A stretch of DNA of 63,947 nucleotides, filler included, from Octopus bimaculoides (Eukaryota): assembly GCF_001194135.2 (NCBI RefSeq). It is 7 parts of 5 records of this genome, joined end to end, with 100 filler letters (N's around TTAATTAATTAA, not from the genome) between each part and the next. Parts side by side here need not be neighbours in the genome. Positions count along the whole stretch, not along the records: positions 30,035 to 41,586 come from NC_068986.1; positions 41,687 to 57,875 come from NC_069004.1; 5 more parts are not named here. One strand, 5' to 3'. The notes beneath the pieces are model-generated. The model was not told the origin of the DNA and searched no databases. It was given only the letters and a program-made list of their open reading frames with translations. This document shows, in pieces, positions 38,789 to 51,494 of this stretch. Each line of letters starts with the position of its first letter. Position 1 is the stretch's first letter. Made by a program: the position numbers and the translations under genes.

Positions 38789-39735
38789 TATTCAAAATGC
38801 ATTGGTAAGCTTGGTGTTTTAGTACCAGTAAGTTGCAGTAAAGTGTAAGTCACCCGAAAATGCATTCGTTGCAAAAGAATTTTCTTAAACTCACAGCCTT
38901 ACTTGCACTATTATTCTTCACACATGCTAAGGAATAATGGTGGAGCCTCGACACACAGAGTCACTCCTCCTGCTAGAAATAGCAGCCAAATATCTCTGAA
39001 ATCAAATACTGCAGTTTAAAAATGTTTTTAAACAAAAGTATATACAGGTTAATACAGTCATAGGTACACTATGCATGATGGAAAATACATGGATGGAAAG
39101 AATTTTCTTAAACATACACAGCCTTACTTGCATAATTATTCTACACGCATCCTAAGGAACAATATTCGGGCCTCGACATAGACAGTCGCCCATCCTGTTA
39201 GAAATAGCAGCCAAATATCTCTGCAGTCAAACACTGTTGTTTTAAACGTAGAAAAGAAATGAAAGGATTTACTGGTTAATACAGTCGTAGATAAACTATG
39301 CATGAGAGAAAAACGGGATGATAACTGTTGTAATATCCTTGACCATAGGCCTATTCGATCATGTCTGACCGGAATCTAAACCAACAAACGTTACCGTAAA
39401 TGTTGACTGACTACATCGGTCAGTTAACATCATTAAAGATATTAACCATTTCTGCTGGAAGCACTTTTGACATTAGTAGTAGCTTGCAGGTGCTTTTTGG
39501 GCTTGGCACTGTCACACTAAGAATCAGTTTCTCTCCCAAGGCAGTCTTGGAGTTCAATATACCCCTTATACCGTTCATAAATATTTTTAATATTCGCAGA
39601 CGTGTCTCCGTATTAGTTAATATAATTACGTTAATGTTTTAATTTATCTAAGTAGACTGTAATTATATTAGTTAATGGTCATTAATTGTCTTTATTTAAT
39701 ATTACAGCTGATGGGGCGGTTATTTGTTGTTGATG

Positions 39736-39767
<32 letters not shown>

Positions 39768-40160
39768 GTTGTTGTTGTTGATATTGTTGTTATAAATTTG
39801 ATATTGTGACGTGATCGAACACCTGGTGTGTCTGTCCATTTTAGGAATTCTTGCGAAAACTGTATTAGCGGTTTCATATTGTTATTTCTTCGATAGCTTT
39901 GACAGTATTTCACCTGACCTCATCAAGTACACATTACACATTTTCTTTGTGTAGCAATTATAATTAAGAATTTTCGTATTACCGAATGCTTGCCCTTTGA
40001 ATTATTCATTTATGATTATATTCGTGGGGCATAGAAAAGCTTATCGTCTTTCCCGCTCTTTTTGTTCCTGCAATCTAACTCCAGGTCGAGCAAACCTCAA
40101 ACGCATTCGCCCCTTCACTGTGCCCTTTTATTATCATCATCATTATCATCATCATCATCA

Positions 40161-40213
<53 letters not shown>

Positions 40214-40261
40214 GAGTGAGAGAGCAGTGCATGCCATCAAAGTGANNNNNNNNNNATTATT

Positions 40262-40712
40262 GAGTGAGAGAGCAGTGCATGCCATCAAAGTGACACTGGG
40301 GTAAAATATATGAAGCCCATTATGCCCATCATGACTACCCGTCTGATAAGGGTACACAAGGCACATGCACCACAACCATATGTGCGCGACATGGTGATCT
40401 CATATCTATACTAAACAGCGCATGACCTCGCAGGTGGGGCCCAGTTAGAATTTTCTTCAGGTCGAGTAGCCCATCCCGCTCAAATGGTCCCTGAATAAGG
40501 TTTATTTAAGGATGTTGAGCAAAACACCCATGTTTTCAAAGGTGAATTATTCAAACACCACAGAATTCCTCTCGACACATGGCTATGATGCTGCCCCACT
40601 ACTTCTCATGATCAGAGATGCACATATCGTCAGCCGCCAAGGGACATGCTCAACTGGTTATGTCAAACAACTGACAAGCAAGCAAATCTGTGGTATTAAG
40701 CAGAATATTTGT
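40262..40712 (-). mobile_element. ~450-500 bp non-coding interspersed repeat embedded in (ATT)n
   Basis: Homologous copies at about 40975-41270 and, in the opposite orientation, at 58818-59310. Confidence 0.75.
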
Positions 40713-40713
40713 T

Positions 40714-40794
<81 letters not shown>

Positions 40795-41319
40795 TTATTA
40801 TTATTATTTACATCGCCCCCAGCGTTACACTGGTACTTAATTTATTCTACTTCTTTCATATTTTCGGAGTCGATAAATTAAGTACCAGTGTAATATTGGT
40901 TTCATAATCGACTAGTCCCCTCTCCGCAAATTTCCGACCTTGCGCCTATAGCAGAAAGAATTATTATCATTATTGGGTGAGAGAGCAGCGCGTGTTATCA
41001 CAGTGACACCGGAGTAAAATATACGAAGCCCAGTATACCCATCATGACTACCCGTCTAATAAAGGTTCACCAGGTATCACAAACATATGTTCGCGACATG
41101 GTGATCTCATATCAAGATAAACAGCGCATGATATTGCAGGTAGAGCCCAGTGAAAATTTTCTTCTTGTCGATGAAAATCTTGCTCAAAAGGTGTCTCAAT
41201 AAGGGTCATTTAAAGATGTTGAATGAAACACCCATGTTTCTAGAGGTAAATTATTCAAACTCCAAAGAATAATTCAAGCGACGGAAAGTGAGGACAAAGA
41301 GTGGCCACAAAGGCACACA

Positions 41320-41367
<48 letters not shown>

Positions 41368-43019
41368 TACACACACATGTATACCAGGTGTAACCAGTAG
41401 TGGTTGAATGGTAAGTAGCTTGCTTACCAACCACATGGTTCCTTCAGTCCCACTGCGTGGTACCTTGGGTAAGTGTCTGCAACTATAGCCTCGGGCCGAC
41501 CAAAGCCTTTTGAGTGGATTTAGTAGGCGGAAACTGAAAGAAGTATGTCGTATACATATATACATACATACATATATATATATATANNNNNNNNNNNNNN
41601 NNNNNNNNNNNNNNNNNNNNNNNNNNNNNNTTAATTAATTAANNNNNNNNNNNNNNNNNNNNNNNNNNNNNNNNNNNNNNNNNNNNTATATATATATATA
41701 TATATATATATAGAGCACCTGTTGCTAAGCAGTAGGGTTGGGGTGGGAGACAAAGACACATACATATAGACATATACAAAGGCTTCTTTTAGTTTCTGCC
41801 TACCAAATCCTCACACAAGGCCTTCATCAGTTTGGGGCTACAGTAGAAGATATTTGTTCAAGGTGCCATGCAGTGGGGTTGAACCTGGAATTATGTGGTT
41901 GAGAAGCAAACTTCTTACCACATGGAATTTCAGTTGTCATCATCTTTTACTGTCCATTCCCCATGCTGGCATGAGTTGGACAGTTAGACAGGAGTTGGTC
42001 AGCTTGAGGGCTGCTTGGGTGTCATTTGTCTGTTTTGGCTTGGTTTCTGAAGTGAGATTCCTTCCTAACACCAGCAACTTTACAAAGTGTATTGGGTGCT
42101 TTTATGTGGCACCAGCACCCACAAGCCTGCAAGACTAAGATCTTTTGGCTGAGTAAGGGATGTAGAAGACATGCCTCCATGCATGAACAACCACTTTCCC
42201 AGATTTTAAATCCAGTTGTTAAAAATATATCTCTTGTTTCAGTCATTAGACCGTGACTATGCCGGATCAGTGCATTGAAGAATTTTAGCTGAATGAATTG
42301 ATCCCAGTACCTACTTTTTTTAAGTCTGATACTTATTCTATCAGTCTCTTTTGCCATACTGCTAAGTCAAGTGATGGTGGGAGACAAACACAGACATACA
42401 CAAACAGGCTTCTTTCAGTTTCTGCCTACCAAATCCACTCGCAAGGCTTTGGTCAAATGAAGACACTTGCCCACAGTGCAACACAGTGGGACTGAATCTG
42501 GAACTATGTTGTTGGGAAGCATGCTTCTTACTACAGTCATGCTTGTGCCTATGTTGATTAAGATTTTACACCATTCACCTTCACTTTAATATAGAAAACA
42601 TTCTTCCTTATAAGATTTTGGCCAAGGTCACATCATGTCAAAGACAGACAGTGATTATAACAAATTTTTGACCTCTGCTTAACCACATGGTCATGAAGAA
42701 AGCTTCTTAACCACATAGCCTGTGCCTGCACCAGCTGAGAGAAGAAAAGACTAACCCTTTTGATATCAACCTGCCTGAGACTGTCCTTGGTTCAATGATA
42801 TAAACTCTGTTTTACAGTGATCTAAATTAAAACCTTCCCTCAAAATTTCATGTTGAGATATGTTCCAAACATCAACTTAATAATGACAAAATTATTTTAC
42901 TCAATTCTTCATTATTTTCAAAATTAACTGAAACAAAAGCAGTGTATATCAACAGAAATATGGTAAGGAAAGGATCAATCAAATTATAAGGGAGGGCAGC
43001 AGTTTAAAAAAAATCTTAC

Positions 43020-43192
43020 CTTTTGTTGAGATAAAGGCTCTTTTGAAGTGGCAGCCTCTTTGGTTTCATCTTTATCTTCCCCTGTGGGAGTACTCACAGA
43101 AAGAACATCAGTTAAAGTGGAACCAACCACAAGCATTTTGGCACCTTTGGTAACTTTTAGCTCCCGCAATGTCATATCATCTCTTGCTAAAC
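43020..43192 (-). CDS. UBFD1: UBFD1 exon (GLARDDMTLRELKVTKGAKMLVVGSTLTDVLSV..KEPLSQQK)
   Basis: Matches UBFD1 GLVPEDKTLREIKVTSGAKIMVVGSTINDVLAV..KEPLCRQK as recalled; cag acceptor, gtaaga donor, phase 1 to 0. Confidence 0.92.
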
Positions 43193-43659
43193 CTGATTTT
43201 TTTTTTTTGGTGACAGAAGAAAGAGAAAATTTAAATCCCTATTTACAAAATTTAAACATTGATGTTTATTTTGACATAAGCTACGGAAAATGCACAAATT
43301 AAATATATGTACAGAATATAACATGTAACAGTATTATCAAAGGTTTACTCAAGAGGTACAAACTATCTATGACCTATACAGCTTTAAGGTATCACAAAAG
43401 GCCTGGTTGGAAGACCAACCTTCCATGTTTTTTTACAAGGCTTAGAAAAACTGAAGGATCACTGCAATAAATATGTGAATCTGAGAGGGGAATACGTTCA
43501 ATAAAATCAATTAACTGATCCTCCTGTATTTTCTTTTTATCAAAGCCAGGAACTTTTCAGCACCCACTCATACATACTTTCCCAGAAGCCTTAGTTCTTT
43601 ACATATCTAAACAAATCAATTTCTCATAGAACACAGTTTAATGAAATAATTCAAAATAC

Positions 43660-43695
43660 CTTTAAACATAATTTTTTGCATGGTAGCAGGAACAC
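43660..43695 (-). CDS. UBFD1: UBFD1 36-nt exon (GVPATMQKIMFKG)
   Basis: Matches GLPPAMQKVMYKG; strong pyrimidine tract plus tag acceptor, gtattt donor, phase 1-1. Confidence 0.92.
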
Positions 43696-46318
43696 CTAGA
43701 ATAAGATAAGGAAAAGAAAAAAACAGTTAAGTGAAAAGTTCATAAAAAACAGAAGAGAATCTAACTGTTGTGCTGGTGACAACTGAAATTAATGGTAAGA
43801 GAGACAGAAATGTCGAAAATTGAGAGTAACTGTGGTGACAAACTATGTTGTTGTTTAGGTTCTCGTCAGCTCTAATTGAGAAAACCATAACCATTGCATC
43901 ATTTATTGCTCTGTACCAGACATCTGCCACTCCCTCCATTCACTCCTGACACCCCTGCCCCACTCATACCTTGAAGGTCCACTCTGATACCTCATCACCA
44001 CTTACAAACTCTCCAGTTCCACCATCTCTTCCAAAATGTGAGAAGTTATATAGCTCCTCTTCAGCAAGAAACCAGTTCTGCTCTGGCCCTTTATCTCTCC
44101 CTACTCCTTATTCTCTTAACACAAAGTTCCTCTTCCCAAACTCTAGGTTTGTAGTCAATCATGTTGCATGACAACTTCACTAGTGCTGTTAGTAAAAAAA
44201 AAAAAAGTACCCAGTGGACATTGTAAAGTGGTTAGCATTCCGAAGGACATCCACTTATAGAAACCATGTCAAAGCTGACACTAGAGCATGATGCAGTCCT
44301 TGGGCTAACTGAATTCTGTTTAAAGCATTCAACCCATGCCAGCATGGGACATGGACATTAAAGGATGATGAATATGATAGTCCAATCAGTACCTTTTTGA
44401 TTTAGGATTATGATGATGAAAGTAGTGAGGGTGAGGAATGTCACAAATGGAAAAATGCTTAACAATCCAGGCCCATATATAATCGACTAAAGCCCTATTT
44501 TTTTGGTATAATATTAACTTTTTAGCAAACTTCCAAAGTTTGTGCTTCATTTTGCCAAGGACAAGCAATCTCCACCCCACACACTAGACATTTGAGGGAA
44601 CTCGAGTTCTGTGCTGGCATCTGTCCATCTCAAGAGATAAAATGGAGTTTGCACTACTGGTCAGTAAATGCTCCAGGACAGAAGTCTGGGTTAGGTATAT
44701 GGAGGTCCTAAGTCACCCAGGTACTAGAATCTCCCTCACAGCCATGCTAGTGTGATCCAAAAGAGTACAGAGCAGTATATTTGGAACTTGACACTAAACC
44801 AATACCTCATGCAAGAGTTGCTGGATTAGTGTCAAGTCAAACACAAGGGAGACAAGTATTTAAAAGTTAACCAGAAATAATTTATACATTGAATAAACTA
44901 CAATATTAGTTAAGTTTATTTCAATCATGCAAGGGAAACAACTCAAGACACATTTTCCTTGTAAAAGATCTCTTCAGCAAAGTATAAACTTCTCTCAAAA
45001 ATATACAGCTGATTTGACAGAGAATTAAATACCTTACAGAATATATTCCAACTCTCTGCATTCTGAGTTCAAATCCTGCTGAGGTATACTTTGCCTTTAA
45101 TCATTTTGGGGTCAATAAAATAATTATAGAACTGCTAAAGCATCAAACAAAGATGTCTTTGCATCTGGAGTTTTTGTGTGGTGCCCAGTTAATATTACCA
45201 CTTTGTCTTTAGCAGAATTCATCTTAATGTAAGCATTTGGGCAAAGTTTCCAGTTTGAGAACATCCTCTCACTAGTCTCGGAGGCTCTAGAAAAATAAAC
45301 AGTAATGGGTGCTGCCCTTCCCTCTCTGACTAAACAGTGACAAAAAGAAAAATAAGAGTTCACTAATGTGTGTAAAAAACTGGCCTATTTTAGAGAATTA
45401 CTCAGACACCAGCAGTACAAAGTGCTGCAAATATAGTATGCATGTGGATGATATATATATTGGTTTCAAATTTTAGCACAAGGCTAGCAATTTCGTAGGA
45501 AGGATTAAGTCGATTACATTGATCCCCCAGTGTTCGACTGGTACTTATTTTATCAACCCCAAAAAGATGAAAGGCAAAGTCGATCCAGTGACATCTGAAT
45601 TCAGAAAGTAAAAGAAAGACAAAATGCCATTGGGCATCTTGCCTAGCGTGCTAACAATTCTTCCAGGTTGCTGCCTTATGGACGATAAATATTGAGAGAG
45701 AGAGAGAGAGAGAAAGAGAGATACAGTTAGGTACTGAGATAAATTAGCCTGTGAATATGATTAGGCTTTATAAAATAGGAACTAACATGCAATGTGACAA
45801 GGATTAAATAGATATTTTATTAAAAGATATTCTTAATTTGCAATAACATGAAAAATTGTCAGTGTTGGCAAATATCATTTGTGGGCCAAAATGCCATTTA
45901 GAATATGCATAGACAGGAATGTAATTATACATCAATGTGGATGTATTGGGAGGCATGAATGAATGCAGAGACAGATTTATATGCATGATTACATATAAGG
46001 TGATGATGAGTTTTGGGACAAAATGCCATCTAGAATATGCATAGACAGGAATGACAATAATAATCAGAATTGAGTTGTTCACCACCTGGTGGTATATCAC
46101 AGAAACTCAGCTCCTAGCTTCATTCTTGTTTCATCTTTCAATGGCTGAGTCTACTTTCTAAGAGCAAATATTGGAAAGAACCTATAATAACCAAACATGT
46201 AACATTGCCTGTATCTATAGTTGCATACATTTGTATCCATGCATATGTGTGTTTGTTTGTTTATAGTTTTAGCTTAGAGCTGCGGCCATGCTGATGCACC
46301 GCCGTGTTAAAGTGTGCG

Positions 46319-46438
46319 ATGCTTACAGCACCTAGGTTTCCCAAGTGGTCACCCATCTAAGTACTCACTAGGCTCGACGTTGCTTAACTTCGGTGATCGG
46401 ACGAGAACCGGTGCTCTCAGCATGATATGGCCGTAAGC
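46319..46438 (-). rRNA. 5S rRNA sequence (120 nt; dispersed, probably retroposed copy)
   Basis: GCTTACGGCCATATCATGCTGAGAGCACCGGTTCTCGTCCGATCACCGAAGTTAAGCAACGTCGAGCCTAGTGAGTACTTAGATGGGTGACCACTTGGGAAACCTAGGTGCTGTAAGCAT; typical metazoan 5S with the internal control region; no oligo-T terminator directly after it. Confidence 0.92.
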
Positions 46439-46603
46439 CATATGTGTTTGTGTGTGTAACATTTTTTATGATACAATCATCAAACGTCATAGACTGAGAA
46501 GTAACAATAAATAAGAAATGATAAAAATAGAGAAATTGTAACAAATACAGTGTAAGATGAGCATGACGAAAAGACAATTTATAAGAAGCACCAAGTAACT
46601 TAC

Positions 46604-46744
46604 CAATAATTTTTTCAATGCTGCTCTTCACCTGGCTGATTGTTTTATCCAAATCAAACTCGACATCAAATTTCTGTTTATTAAATACTACTTTAAACGG
46701 TACGCATTCTTTTGGGGTATCTGCAGTACTGCAATTTGGAGTTT
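46604..46744 (-). CDS. UBFD1: UBFD1 exon (start of the ubiquitin-like domain: KECVPFKVVFNKQKFDVEFDLDKTISQVKSSIEKIIG)
   Basis: Matches ELVDLKIIWNKTKHDVKFPLDSTGSELKQKIHSITG as recalled; ctctacag acceptor, gtaagt donor, 141 nt, phase 1-1. Confidence 0.9.
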
Positions 46745-48155
46745 CTGTAGAGAAGAAAACAAAAAGCAAATATTATCTCAAGTTACATATTTTAGAGATG
46801 GGACAATTGATTAGTCTTGGGACAATCATAATTTAGAGAAAACCAAATGACAAGTATTCCAAGTGTAACCATCTCCTGTCTTTCACTCAGAACACAACAG
46901 ATATGGGATTACACTAATCAACATGCCCCAACAATCTTTTTAAGATGGCAGTGTGTATTTTGAGGGAGATTTGGGGATTCCTGCAATAGGTCAGGTGACA
47001 ACATAAAATAGACAATAAAGGCTAAAAGTTGAAAAACAAAATCATTAGAAAATATCAATAGGTTACATTTTTATAAGTTTTCATAAAATTTCCTTGGTCG
47101 AGTACATAATCTATACATATAAATTTGACATGGGTGATTCTTTCTTGTCTTGGGATTCACAGTGAAACGGCTGGGTGGAATTGCACAAAAAATTACACAG
47201 ATGTGTAGAATGATCTGGTGGTGATGCTGGGCTTTGTATTTTTTTCATAGTTCCCATGGTTACCGAGATAATCTACTATAATAATACTCTTGTGTTTATG
47301 AATGAGAAAGGAAAGGGTGAAAGCTGAATAAGGAAGGAAGGGGTGATGTCATACTTAGTAGTGGGATAATGAAAATTGTACGCTGAAAGAATAAATCAAA
47401 CAGCGTTTCAACTGTGTGAATATATGTGTGTGTATATAAAAGGGGGAGCATGTGAATGTGTGCTTGTGTGTGTGCGCGTGCATGTGCAATGGAAGTGGGA
47501 TGGTTCATCTTTGTTCGCTTAGTATTTGGGGTTTTTTTTGATTTGGTTGAATCTTGGTTGTTTTTTTTTTTTTGTTGGTCAGTTATTTTTAGCGTCTTGA
47601 CAGAAAAAAGTCATTCTAAAATTGTTTTTTAACGTAAACATGCCCAAACAAGTCGAATGCTTACACAGAGCAGGTGTTACAGCCACCTCATCCAAACCGA
47701 CCGGGTGAAACGGAGCTTAGCTGCTAGTAATGTATAAAGGGCATTGCATTAACAAAAACGTTGGCAACCTACATTAAATAAATATTTTTTTTGCTATTTT
47801 TTTTTTACCCTTTTATCTCATGACAAGAATACTATATATATTTGTAAATTCCATCATTACCTTCTGCGGTAATTTGCTTGATGAAATTCAAAGACAGAAA
47901 AAGACTGACAACCAAAATAAAAACTATATACAAATGTGTTTGTGTGTGTATGTATGAATGTATGTGCGTGTGTGTGTGTGTATATATATATATATCTATA
48001 TATATATATATATATGTATATACACACACACACACATACATACATGTAGTTATACTTAGGATGGTCATATTTTGTCAAACACCATGCACTATATTTTCAG
48101 TGGTAATTTGCCTGATGAAACTCAGAGGGATCAAGAGGCTGACAACCAAAATAAA

Positions 48156-48210
<55 letters not shown>

Positions 48211-50067
48211 TATTGTTTCACTTAGAGATGGTCATATTTTGCCAATTAAACACATGCACTGTGTCTAATTGGCAAAATATGACCACCCCCAAGTAATAAT
48301 ATCTGTTTCAACCCACAATTTCACATCAAGAATCTTACAAAACAAATGCATAAACACACACACAGATTCTGAGATCAAATCATGTTACATTCACTACTAG
48401 AATTTCAGTGAAATAAAGTACCAGTAATACACCTGTGTCAATATTAATTCAACTGTTTATTACTTAAAGAAAAAAATAGTCTATTTAAAAATAAATTGAT
48501 ATATAAGATCGTCTTGATAAAAGAAAAACAAAAAACACTGAGTTTGGCAAGAGAACAAGTAAGAAGTGTTTAAACCCTTTTGAGATTCTTATAAAATGGG
48601 AGAAAATTGAAGGAAGTTAGACATTGATCAGTTTCAGGTTTAAGATTGTAGACAGACCGGAACCAAATGTTTATGTCATTCATAAACAATAGGTCTACCT
48701 TGATCAAGCTTACAGACATATGATACAAAGGATTTCAGTCAAGATCCTCCAAGCTTACAGCATGTGAAAAACTTTGTTATGTAGATACCATTTTTTAAAG
48801 ATGATAAGGTTTAATTTGAAACAAATTTAGGTATTTCTAGCAGGTCAAATGATTTCAGAGATAGCCCCCATATTAGTTTGTAATATGAAGAAGTATTTGA
48901 AGGGTGAAACAGGATAAAACACGAGAGATGAGAAGAGAGATAGACAGACAGACTGCTCCTTAACAATTATTTTAATTAAATATTCAGGATAAGTATTAAT
49001 TCCTGGTTGAAGCCACTTCCCTTTCATCAATAAAATTCTCTCCAAAAATTTGGCTTCTTGGTTCTTATGCAAAAACATTCTAATCACAGACATCACATGT
49101 ATGTTGGTTTATAGAATAGGTACATCATATCCTGAGGTATTGTAAGAGACTAAATAGGTTGGTGCCAGGAAGGGCATCTGGCCATAAAACACTGCCTTAA
49201 TAAGTCCCATGTAAGCATGAAAAAGGATTATGATGATGATTAAGCCACTGTAATCAGCTGAGCATACAACCCTATCTTTCTCACAAATAATGGTTTTAAA
49301 AACTGGGAAATCATTTACAATAAACTATCTCTGACCTTGTTGCAGCTTTATTTATTAACTGGGTACAATTGAGAGCTGCAGACAAAATGTGAATCAGAAA
49401 GTCCAAACCAATTTGGAACATATAAAAAAGTACATAATTTGTACTTTTGTAATTTGGTCTAGCTAGGCATGCTGGGACTATGCCAAGTCATTGTAAGCAT
49501 ACTAGCTCCGTATATATAATGTATATAGAATATCAGATTAGTAAGCTGTTTGAGTGCCAATTAATTAGTAAAGGAGCTGATAGCTCATGTTCACAATAAC
49601 AGTGGCATGTTATGACAAAGTGAAGCCCTTTCATCTCTAAATAATTTTTTTTTAAAATCAATCCACCGAGTTGTAAATGGATTACATGAAAATGTTACAG
49701 TTCATCAATGAAAGCAATGAAGCAAAATAAATTTGTTGAATACGCTTGCTTTGTTTACAATACTGATATTTGAATCCATCTATCTAAGCACAGTTAAGAC
49801 AACCCAATATAGTGTTTCTAAATGATGCAGAACTCATTCCATTGAAAACAAAATGGTTTAATCACTGACAGTGATTAAACATTTAGTAAGTGATCGAGTA
49901 TAAATAATGAGTAGAATCACTAAAACCATTGAAGGTAGTGACAACCTGTGGTCACAGTCCAATAACTGCATGCACATACATTTATTTATATATATATAGA
50001 CATATATATAAACTTACTTGGAAATAGATGCATGGCATTCAATCAAATAATAATATAAATAATATAT

Positions 50068-50388
50068 ATATGCATATATGGGTACAGGACATCACAAAAC
50101 ATAACATGAAATACGAAAATAAAATTGGGTACGCAAACAACGAGAGAAACAAACGGAAGACAAGTAACGTAAAAAACGATCCTTCATCAGTTGTTGGCTG
50201 TCCTTCTACTCCCTATTTCGAACATTGAATGACAATGCTTGAAATAGGGAGTAGAAGGACAGCTGACAACTGATGAAGGATCGTTTTTTACGTTGTCTTC
50301 CGTTTGTTTCTCTCGTTGTTTGCGTACCCAATTTTATTTTCGTATTTCATGTTATGTTTTGTGACGCCCTGTACCCATATATGCATAT
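50068..50388. repeat. Near-perfect 321-bp palindrome (foldback element)
   Basis: Arms of ~160 bp, 5-nt loop AATGA at 50228-50232, few mismatches and one small indel. Confidence 0.95.
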
Positions 50389-50443
50389 CTACATACATAT
50401 ATGTATGTATGTATATATGAGTATATACATATATTATTTATAT

Positions 50444-50476
<33 letters not shown>

Positions 50477-50477
<1 letters not shown>

Positions 50478-50780
50478 GCGCAGATGTGGCTATGTGGTAA
50501 GAAGTTTACTTCTGAACCACATGGCTCTGGGTTCAGTCCTATATGTCTTCTACTATAGCTTTGGGCTGACCGAAGCCTTGTAAGGGGATTTGGTAGGTGG
50601 AAACTGAAAGAAGCTCATTGTATGTGTGTGTGTGTGTCTTGTGCCTGTGTTTGTCCCCTACCACTGCTTGACAACCAGAGCAGCGAAAGAGACTAGGGGT
50701 CAATTCACATGACTAAGAATCTTTCAAGGCGATGCCCATCATGGCTGCAGTCTAACAACTGAAACAAGTAAAAGATAAAA
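50477..50780 (+). mobile_element. SINE family A, CpG-decayed copy
   Basis: Homologous to 22807-23217 with many CpG>TpG/CpA changes; other decayed copies at about 41735-41925 and 42225-42550. Confidence 0.8.
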
Positions 50781-51223
50781 CGTGTATGTATGTGTGTGTG
50801 TATACAAACATACATACACACACATGTATATGTGAAAGCAAAGACAGTTGTCATATATGTAGATGGTATAAAATTCATGGAAAACTGGACTAATAGCAGT
50901 ACTGAACAGCCTAGTCCACCCAACAGTGGTCAGTCAATATCAAAGGTTGTTTGCTGCACCAATGTAAGCAGTGAACTTGAGCTAATCACACCATCATAAG
51001 TCCTACATATTTCGGCAAGTCAAAATGATTTATCAAAGTGTGTGTATGTATGTATATAAATAAAATATAAAGAAAGAGAGGTATCATAACCAAATGGGTT
51101 TATTGGATTTCAAATGCATCGAACTATGCATTACATCCCTTTGTTTTGTTTCGGTCTACTATGTGGTTTGTAGCCTGATCCATTAAAGGTTTTTTTTATG
51201 TACACCACTGGATAAGTTAAATC

Positions 51224-51280
<57 letters not shown>

Positions 51281-51494
51281 AGAAACTAAGGAAGGTCAAA
51301 ATCACATGATCTGGTGATCTTGGAACTAGAGGTTGTAGGGATTCAGCTCCCTGCTAGCAATATAAACAAGAATGCATTTTGCATCAAAAGCCAATAGGAG
51401 AGTTTCTCTCATGGTATCTACCACAGCATAGTTTGTTGTAAAAGAACATCCACATTTAAGTGGCAATAAATGTTACCTCTTGGTATTAATACAC

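Noticed and set aside
39440-39510. CDSAKPKKHLQATTNVKSASSRN as a possible TNF A-strand exon
   Set aside because: Weak splice sites, 17 kb away, across an artificial join, and beyond another putative gene end.
40206-40294. Direct repeat of ATTATTGAGTGAGAGAGCAGTGCATGCCATCAAAGTGA
   Set aside because: The copies flank a 10-N gap; an unmerged contig overlap.
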